From: a virus
Direction: 5' to 3' (one strand)
DNA: 64,000 nt
Virus record (IMG/VR): IMGVR_UViG_3300024239_000017
The notes beneath the pieces are model-generated. The model saw nothing but the letters and a program-made list of their open reading frames with translations. It did not search any database and was not told the DNA's origin. Below are positions 58,205 to 64,000 of this stretch, piece after piece. Position numbers and translations under genes: made by a program. Each line of letters begins with the position of its first letter. Positions within the stretch are counted from its first letter, which is position 1.

Positions 58205-58237
58205 TTGCATATGTCAAAAATTTTTCGTATGTTTGCA
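58205..58237 (+). promoter_or_regulatory. Conserved-spacer promoter
   Basis: TTGCATATGTCAAAAATTTTTCGTATGTTTGCA. Confidence 0.85.
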
Positions 58238-58254
58238 CTATAAAAATAGAATAA

Positions 58255-58785
58255 ATGAATTATAAAGAATTTCAAGAAAAATCAATTAGAACATTAGCAA
58301 GATTAGATTCTAATAAAAGTGATTTAGCACATATGGTGCTAGGAATATGCACTGAAATAAGTGAGTTAGAAGAAGCAGTACACAAAGGTGATATTGTAGG
58401 AATAGGTGAAGAATTAGCAGATATGCAGTGGTATATTAGTAATTACAACAACTTATTAAATAGAGAATATGTACAAAACGATAGTTTAAATACTGATGAT
58501 ATTAGTACATTAATTAATTTATTATATTCACAATGTTCTCTTTTACAAGACCTTGTAAAAAAATACTTAGCTTATAATAAACCTATTAACAGTATTACAG
58601 AAACTTCTTTATTGGACAATATTGATAGTACTATATTATCTATTTATAATAAATATGGTATATCTGTTTCTGAGTGTATGGAAAAAAATATTAACAAATT
58701 AAAAGAAAGATACCCTGAAAAATTTGATGAAGATTGTGCTATAAACAGAAATATTATCGAAGAAAGAAGGATTCTAGAGTCTTAA
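58255..58785 (+). CDS. mazG: MazG-like nucleotide pyrophosphohydrolase
   Basis: LGICTEISEL..EELADMQWY..NINKLKERYP. Confidence 0.85.
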   Translation: MNYKEFQEKSIRTLARLDSNKSDLAHMVLGICTEISELEEAVHKGDIVGIGEELADMQWYISNYNNLLNREYVQNDSLNTDDISTLINLLYSQCSLLQDLVKKYLAYNKPINSITETSLLDNIDSTILSIYNKYGISVSECMEKNINKLKERYPEKFDEDCAINRNIIEERRILES

Positions 58786-58786
58786 A

Positions 58787-59035
58787 ATGGATTTAAACGA
58801 AATATTAAATAGAAAATCTCCATCGGTATATTCTGTAGAAGAGATGCAATTCGTAGTAGAAAAATATATAAAATTTGTTAAAAATGTAGAAGTAAATATT
58901 AATATTTATAAAGGAATTGATATTAATAATTTAAATCAAATAGATGTAATTAGACTCCACAACGAACATAACAGATTGTTTAACGCTTTTAACATAGCAC
59001 ATAAAGAAATATTAAAAAATGATTATAAAGACTAA
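58787..59035 (+). CDS. Hypothetical protein
   Basis: Coupled ORF. Confidence 0.55.
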   Translation: MDLNEILNRKSPSVYSVEEMQFVVEKYIKFVKNVEVNINIYKGIDINNLNQIDVIRLHNEHNRLFNAFNIAHKEILKNDYKD

Positions 59036-59336
59036 AATAGAGTGGTTAAAAGAAATAGAATTAACCGAGGAAGAAAAAACAATTATTGAAGCTAAAAGAG
59101 CTGTATTAGGTGGTGAATACATACCTGAAGATATAAAATATGACGCGGTAACAAAAGACGCTATAATTGACGTTAAAAACAAGTTATTATTTGTTCAAGT
59201 AGAACAAGATGAAATATGTGTAACAAAACTACTTGAATCAACATACGTATCAATAGAAGGCGGTGTACAAAAACTAACAGATAGACAATACTTTAAAGGT
59301 GATTTAGAAGAATTATATAATATATTAAAAGATTAA
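59019..59336 (+). CDS. Hypothetical protein
   Basis: Coupled ORF. Confidence 0.55.
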   Translation: MIIKTKIEWLKEIELTEEEKTIIEAKRAVLGGEYIPEDIKYDAVTKDAIIDVKNKLLFVQVEQDEICVTKLLESTYVSIEGGVQKLTDRQYFKGDLEELYNILKD

Positions 59337-59339
59337 AAT

Positions 59340-59996
59340 ATGGGATTAGAAACAAGAACAACAGGTAATACTACTTACCTACAATTAGATTACGGTAAAA
59401 AAACAATGTACATTTACAGTAAAGAAGAAAAAGAAGGTTATGAGAAACATGTTACTTCTACAGGAACAGTTTCTTATAGAAAATATGTAAATGCTGTAAG
59501 TGGTAAAATCACTGGGGCATATTTTAGAGATTCAAAATTTGGTGGAAAAGAGTTTGTACTTATTTTTACTGATAATGACGGTAAATATTCATTCTCTATT
59601 GGAACAGAAGACTCTGTTTTCCAAAATATCGCAAGAAGCATTGATAATTTAGATATTAATAATGTTGTTAGACTTTCAATTTATGAAAGTAAAAGTAAAA
59701 CAAGTGATAAAACTTACTTCGGAACATCTTTATCCTATCCAGATTTATTAGATGATGAAGGAAAAGCTACTTTAGTTGCTTGGGGTGAAGCACTCCCAGA
59801 GGGTAAAAAATTGAGAAGTGGTAAATGGGATTTTACAGCAACAAACGATGAAGCATATGCTAGAGTAGAAGATTTTATAAATAGAAATTCTAGTGTTTTC
59901 AATAATTACTCTAACCAAAATACTAATAGTGATTCGACGCCAGAGGTAGTAAATGAAAAAGAAGCTGATGACGACGATGACGATATGCCTTTCTAA
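59340..59996 (+). CDS. Putative single-stranded DNA-binding protein
   Basis: Beta-rich core and acidic tail ending DDDDDMPF. Confidence 0.65.
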   Translation: MGLETRTTGNTTYLQLDYGKKTMYIYSKEEKEGYEKHVTSTGTVSYRKYVNAVSGKITGAYFRDSKFGGKEFVLIFTDNDGKYSFSIGTEDSVFQNIARSIDNLDINNVVRLSIYESKSKTSDKTYFGTSLSYPDLLDDEGKATLVAWGEALPEGKKLRSGKWDFTATNDEAYARVEDFINRNSSVFNNYSNQNTNSDSTPEVVNEKEADDDDDDMPF

Positions 59997-59998
59997 AT

Positions 59999-60262
59999 AT
60001 GAGTTGGACAAAGTTAGAAGAAGAAACAGCTAAAAAAGAGTATCTACTTATGATAGATACTCTTTATAAAAATGAGGAGTTCAAACATGAATGGACAGGT
60101 AGTTGGGATGATTTCAAAAAAGAAACATTTGGTAAGAAGCCTCAAAAAATAAAAGGTGATAAAAACAAATATATGAAATATTGGTTGGAAAACCAAAAAA
60201 TTATAAATGATTTAAATTGGGATAAAATAGAAGAAGACGAAGATATATGGGAGAATTATTAA
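59999..60262 (+). CDS. Hypothetical protein
   Basis: Coupled ORF. Confidence 0.55.
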   Translation: MSWTKLEEETAKKEYLLMIDTLYKNEEFKHEWTGSWDDFKKETFGKKPQKIKGDKNKYMKYWLENQKIINDLNWDKIEEDEDIWENY

Positions 60263-62892
60263 AATATTTTAACAATGATGGATTGGCATCAGAAGTATGG
60301 TCTAATAAATATAGACATGAGGGAGAGGTAACACCTGATGATATGCACAAAAGAATGGCAAAAGAGTTTGCTAGAATTGATGTAAATTATCAACTAACAG
60401 AACCTTTAAAAGAATCATCATTAAAGTCACACATTGATAGATTAAAAGAATTATCTGAATATGGTCAAAAAAGAAATAATTTAACTTATGAAAGTATTTA
60501 CAATCTTTTCAAAGATTTCAAATATATTGTTCCACAAGGTTCTATTATGTCTCAGTTAGGGGCAAAATCAATAGGTTCATTATCAAATTGTTTTGTTATA
60601 GGTCAACCTGAAGATTCCTATGGTGGAATCTTTAAAAAAGACGAAGAAATGGCACAATTAATGAAAAGAAGAGGTGGTGTTGGACTAGATATTTCAACAC
60701 TTAGACCAGAAGGTACCGCTATTAGTAATGCCGCAAAAACAACAACAGGTGCAATTTCATTTATGCACAGATTCTCAAATACTACAAGAGAAGTAGCACA
60801 AAAAGGTAGAAGAGGTGCTTTAATGTTAAGTATTGATATTAATCACCCTGATGTAATGAATTTCATTAAAATCAAAAGAGATGGGACTTCTGTAACAGGA
60901 GCTAATATTTCAATTAAGATTAATAATGAGTTCATGAAAGCTGTAGAGAATGATGAAGATTATATTTTAAGATTTCCTTGTAATTGGAATGTTAATGATG
61001 AAACATCAGGTTTAGAATATAATGAATTATCAACTTACTATGATTTTGATGGAACTATAAAATATAGAAAAAAAATCAAAGCAAAAGAGTATTGGAATGA
61101 AATAATTAAATCAGCTCATGGTTATGCTGAACCAGGGATTATATTCATAGATAATCATCATGATTATTCTCCAGACGGAGCTTATCCTCAATTTAAAGGT
61201 GTTACTACAAATCCATGTGGTGAAATTTTCATGCAACCTTACGATGCGTGTAGATTAATAGCTTTAAATTTATATAACTTCGTAGATAAACCGTTTATCA
61301 AAGATGCTGAATTTAAAGTAAAAGAATTTTATGAAATAGCCTATGAGGCTATGAGATTATCAGATAATCTTATTGACTTAGAACTAGAACATATTGATAG
61401 AATTTTAAATAAATTATCTAAAGATCCAGAAACTTCTGACGTAAAAGAAAGAGAAATTAAACTTTGGAACAATATCAGAAATACTGCCAAAGCTTCTAGA
61501 AGAACAGGGTTAGGATTTACAGCATTAGGTGACACAATTGCTGCGTTAGGATATAAATATGATTCAGAAGAAGCTTTATTATTTATTGAACAAATGATGC
61601 ACATTAAAATGGAAGCCGAGTTAGATTGTACTATTGACATGGCGGTTACTAGAGGTGCGTTTGAAGGTTGGAATTTAGAAAATGAATATTATACTTCAGT
61701 TAGACCATTTATAGGTAAAAATGATTTTTATGAAGTCTTAAGACAAGAATACCCAGATCAAGTTCTTAGAATGATTAAGTACGGTAGAAGAAATGTATCA
61801 TGGAATACAGTAGCCCCAACAGGAACTGTAAGTTTGTTAACACAAACAACTTCTGGGATAGAACCTATTTTTTCACAATATCCTTATATTAGAAGAAAAA
61901 AAATAAATCCTAATGAAAAAGGAGTAAGAGTAGACTTTGTTGACGAAATTGGTGATTCATGGCAAGAATTTGTTGTTATTCATCCTAAGTTGCTAACTTA
62001 CTTAAAAACAACAGGATTAGATTTTAATTTTGAACCTAAAAATAAAGAGGAGCAAGATATATTAGTACAGAATATAACAGAATTTTTAGATAAATACGAA
62101 TCTCCTTGGACTAATTCAACGGCTAACGACATTGATTGGATCAAAAGAGTTGAAATCCAAGGTATAATTCAAAAATATACTACACATAGTATATCTAGTA
62201 CCATTAATTTACCTTCAACTGTATCAGAAGATGAAGTATCAGAAATCTATTTACAGTCTTGGAAAAAAGGATTAAAAGGAATTACTGTTTATAGAGATGG
62301 TTCTAGAAGTGGTGTACTTATTGAAGCTAGTAAGGAAGAAGATAAAAAACTTGTTACATTTAATGAGAACCACGCTCCAAAAAGACCTAAATCTTTACCG
62401 TGTAAAGTAGTAAGGTTTAATAATAACAAAGAAAAGTGGATTGCTTTTGTAGGATTAATGGATAATAAACCTTATGAAATCTTCACAGGTAAAGCTGAAA
62501 ATGTTGATTTACCTATTTCTGTCGAAATAGGGGAAATCAAAAAAATATCTGATAGCGAAGGTATTAAAAGATATGATTTTATATACGAAGACGGTGTAAT
62601 AGAAGGTATATCTAAAGTATCTTCAACAGATTATTGGAACTACGGTAAACTTATATCAAGTATGTTGAGACATGGAATGCCTCTACCGTTTGTAGTTGAC
62701 ACTATTCAAAGTCTTACATGGGATAACGACAATATTAATACATGGAAAGCAGGTATGGCTAGAGCTCTTAAAAAATTCATTAAAGACGGTAAGGCGCAAG
62801 GATTTACATGTATGGATTGTGGTAGTGAAAACGTTGTTTTTCAAGAAGGATGTTTGACATGTAAAAATTGTGGATCATCAAAATGTGGATAA
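60247..62892 (+). CDS. nrdJ: Class II (B12-dependent) ribonucleotide reductase
   Basis: SLSNCFV, RRGALM, TNPCGE, ACRL, RRTGLG, VAPTGT, GLKGITVYRDGSR; C-terminal CxxC..CxxCGxSKC. Confidence 0.92.
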   Translation: MGELLKYFNNDGLASEVWSNKYRHEGEVTPDDMHKRMAKEFARIDVNYQLTEPLKESSLKSHIDRLKELSEYGQKRNNLTYESIYNLFKDFKYIVPQGSIMSQLGAKSIGSLSNCFVIGQPEDSYGGIFKKDEEMAQLMKRRGGVGLDISTLRPEGTAISNAAKTTTGAISFMHRFSNTTREVAQKGRRGALMLSIDINHPDVMNFIKIKRDGTSVTGANISIKINNEFMKAVENDEDYILRFPCNWNVNDETSGLEYNELSTYYDFDGTIKYRKKIKAKEYWNEIIKSAHGYAEPGIIFIDNHHDYSPDGAYPQFKGVTTNPCGEIFMQPYDACRLIALNLYNFVDKPFIKDAEFKVKEFYEIAYEAMRLSDNLIDLELEHIDRILNKLSKDPETSDVKEREIKLWNNIRNTAKASRRTGLGFTALGDTIAALGYKYDSEEALLFIEQMMHIKMEAELDCTIDMAVTRGAFEGWNLENEYYTSVRPFIGKNDFYEVLRQEYPDQVLRMIKYGRRNVSWNTVAPTGTVSLLTQTTSGIEPIFSQYPYIRRKKINPNEKGVRVDFVDEIGDSWQEFVVIHPKLLTYLKTTGLDFNFEPKNKEEQDILVQNITEFLDKYESPWTNSTANDIDWIKRVEIQGIIQKYTTHSISSTINLPSTVSEDEVSEIYLQSWKKGLKGITVYRDGSRSGVLIEASKEEDKKLVTFNENHAPKRPKSLPCKVVRFNNNKEKWIAFVGLMDNKPYEIFTGKAENVDLPISVEIGEIKKISDSEGIKRYDFIYEDGVIEGISKVSSTDYWNYGKLISSMLRHGMPLPFVVDTIQSLTWDNDNINTWKAGMARALKKFIKDGKAQGFTCMDCGSENVVFQEGCLTCKNCGSSKCG

Positions 62893-62910
62893 AATTAATA
62901 ATTTAATTAA

Positions 62911-62946
62911 TACATTTGTAGGATATTTTTAAATGTCCTACATTTG
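62911..62946 (+). terminator. Terminator hairpin overlapping a promoter
   Basis: tgtaggatattt/aaatgtcctaca stem; also TTTG-N20-TACATTTG. Confidence 0.6.
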
Positions 62947-62964
62947 TGTTTAAAATAATAAGAA

Positions 62965-63252
62965 ATGCCAGCAAAATCAAAAGGAAAAAGTAGTATGGAT
63001 TACTATAAACAGAATCCAGATAGCTATAAAAAGAAATTAGCCGCTCAAAAAGAGATAAATAAAAGACCAGAAGAAAGAAAAAGAAGGTCAGAGTTAGTAC
63101 AGGAAAGAAGAGATAGAGGTATCTATGGTAAAGGTGGTAAAGATGTAGCACATACTAAAAATGGTACTAGATTAAAAGACCCATCAACTAATAGAGGATC
63201 TAAAACTGATATGCCTGGTGATAGAAGAGCTAGAGGGGGAAAGAAGAAATAA
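62965..63252 (+). CDS. Small basic HNH-like protein
   Basis: GKDVAH..NRG motif; K/R-rich. Confidence 0.6.
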   Translation: MPAKSKGKSSMDYYKQNPDSYKKKLAAQKEINKRPEERKRRSELVQERRDRGIYGKGGKDVAHTKNGTRLKDPSTNRGSKTDMPGDRRARGGKKK

Positions 63253-63273
63253 GTTAATTTAAAAATTAACATA

Positions 63274-63391
63274 TTTGCATATTTAAAATATTATTTATAT
63301 ATTTGCAGAAGTTTAATAAAAGAATTAAAAAATTTAACAAAAATTTAACATTTAAAATTTGCATATGTCGAAAATATTTCGTATATTTGCA
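63274..63391 (+). promoter_or_regulatory. Two tandem promoters upstream of the tRNA leader
   Basis: 63274-63307 TTTGCATATTT..TATATTTGCA and 63358-63391 TTTGCATATGTCGAAAATATTTCGTATATTTGCA. Confidence 0.8.
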
Positions 63392-63410
63392 CTATTAAAA
63401 TTACAGAGTT

Positions 63411-63536
63411 ATGAAAAATTTGAACAATACATATTCGTCTCTATATAATCCGAGTTTACTTGGAGCGGATAAGGTATGGGATAATTTTAAACCGACTAAG
63501 TGTAGTGGAATTAATAGACTTTTAATGTTAACATGA
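63411..63536 (+). CDS. Putative leader peptide, 41 aa (MKNLNNTYSSLYNPSLLGADKVWDNFKPTKCSGINRLLMLT)
   Basis: Directly after the promoter and before a terminator; TCG, CCG x2, GCG codons, TGA stop; contains the antiterminator sequence. Confidence 0.65.
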   Translation: MKNLNNTYSSLYNPSLLGADKVWDNFKPTKCSGINRLLMLT

Positions 63537-63575
63537 GATTAATAATCTAGCATAATATAATTTTTAAAGTTAATT

Positions 63576-63616
63576 AAATCCCTACCTAAGAAATTAAGTA
63601 GGGATTTTTTTATTTT
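63576..63616 (+). terminator. Attenuator terminator in front of the tRNA array
   Basis: aaatccctac/gtagggattt stem, GAAA loop, U-rich tail. Confidence 0.85.
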
Positions 63617-63626
63617 ATAACAAAAG

Positions 63627-63701
63627 GGTCTATTGGTGTAATGGTAGCAGTCTCATCCTGTCACGGTGAGGGAGAGGTTTCGAATACCTCATAGACCGCC
63701 A
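63627..63701 (+). tRNA. tRNA-Asp(GTC)
   Basis: Acceptor ggtctat/atagacc, anticodon loop CTGTCAC, T-loop TTCGAAT, G73, encoded CCA. Confidence 0.92.
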
Positions 63702-63725
63702 AGTTGGAGAACTTTAAACTTAAAT

Positions 63726-63807
63726 GCGTGTCTAGCATAATGGTAATGCAGCGGTCTCCAAAACCGTGATTAGCTAATCAATGGGGGTTCGAATCCCTCG
63801 GCACGCG
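63726..63807 (+). tRNA. tRNA-Trp(CCA) with long variable arm
   Basis: Acceptor gcgtgtc/ggcacgc, loop CTCCAAA, 15-nt variable region, T-loop TTCGAAT. Confidence 0.88.
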
Positions 63808-63823
63808 CAAAATATATTTATAT

Positions 63824-63888
63824 TTATAGTTGAAGCAGTGATGCAGTATTAACTAATAGCTTAGAAGCTATACCTGATAAGACTATAA
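63824..63888 (+). ncRNA. Hammerhead-like three-way junction with non-canonical core
   Basis: ttatagtt-GAA-gca(GTGA)tgc-A-gta..tac-CTGATAA-gactataa. Confidence 0.35.
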
Positions 63889-63891
63889 TTC

Positions 63892-63965
63892 ATCCACATA
63901 GCTCAATTGAATAGAGCGATTGGTTACGACCCAATAGGTTTCAGGTTTGAGTCCTGATGTGGATA
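63892..63965 (+). tRNA. tRNA-Arg(ACG)
   Basis: Acceptor atccaca/tgtggat, anticodon stem attgg/ccaat with loop TTACGAC, T-arm tcagg/cctga. Confidence 0.88.
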
Positions 63966-63972
63966 CAATAAT

Positions 63973-64000
63973 GTTCAGGTAGCAAAGCGGTTAATGCAGT
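63973..64000 (+). tRNA. 5' part of a further tRNA, truncated by the window
   Basis: gttcagg-TA-gca-aagcggttaa-tgc D-arm pattern; anticodon not in window. Confidence 0.6.

Noticed and set aside
44739-62892. Inteins or group I introns in terL, recA, helicase or nrdJ
   Set aside because: Motifs are contiguous, with no intein C..HN signature or ORF breaks.
49567-63391. CRISPR array made of the 33-bp repeats
   Set aside because: Copies are dispersed kilobases apart in front of genes and contain promoter consensus; no spacers or cas genes.
63869-63885. tRNA-Ile remnant suggested by CTGATAA
   Set aside because: No anticodon stem or T-arm around it.
1-64000. Stop-codon reassignment, common in some Crassvirales
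   Set aside because: Long genes are intact under code 11, TAG and TGA end genes normally, and no suppressor tRNA is in view.

Overview
A 64-kb, very AT-rich segment of a large Crassvirales-type (crAss-like) phage. The host is probably a Bacteroidota (flavobacterial) species, inferred from TTTG-N19/21-TAnnTTTG promoters and A-rich starts without Shine-Dalgarno sequences. Positions 1-49.55 kb (minus strand) hold the virion module: HTH and HU/IHF-like genes, terminase, portal, scaffold-like protein, major capsid, ring and accessory structural genes, Cys-rich fibre/hub genes, a lysis cassette with a GH108 endolysin, a 2088-aa tail muzzle, a lytic transglycosylase and five large internal cargo/ejection proteins, including a polyvalent ART/peptidase/kinase protein. 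A divergent control region (49.55-50.38 kb) holds three promoters, a short pseudoknotted transcript and an ORF-free ~550-nt highly base-paired RNA-like element. The plus strand (50.4-64 kb) carries GroEL, a tandem GroES, SF2 helicase, RecA, two homing endonucleases, PhoH, an exonuclease, RlpA, MazG, an SSB-like protein, class II RNR and the start of a tRNA array. Three observations stand out. (1) Three consecutive cargo proteins have cysteines only at their extreme termini, suggesting a head-to-tail covalent chain for ordered ejection. (2) A leader peptide with antiterminator and terminator appears to gate the tRNA array. (3) A large structured ncRNA candidate lies upstream of groEL. All protein calls are by motif recognition and synteny only; no searches were run.
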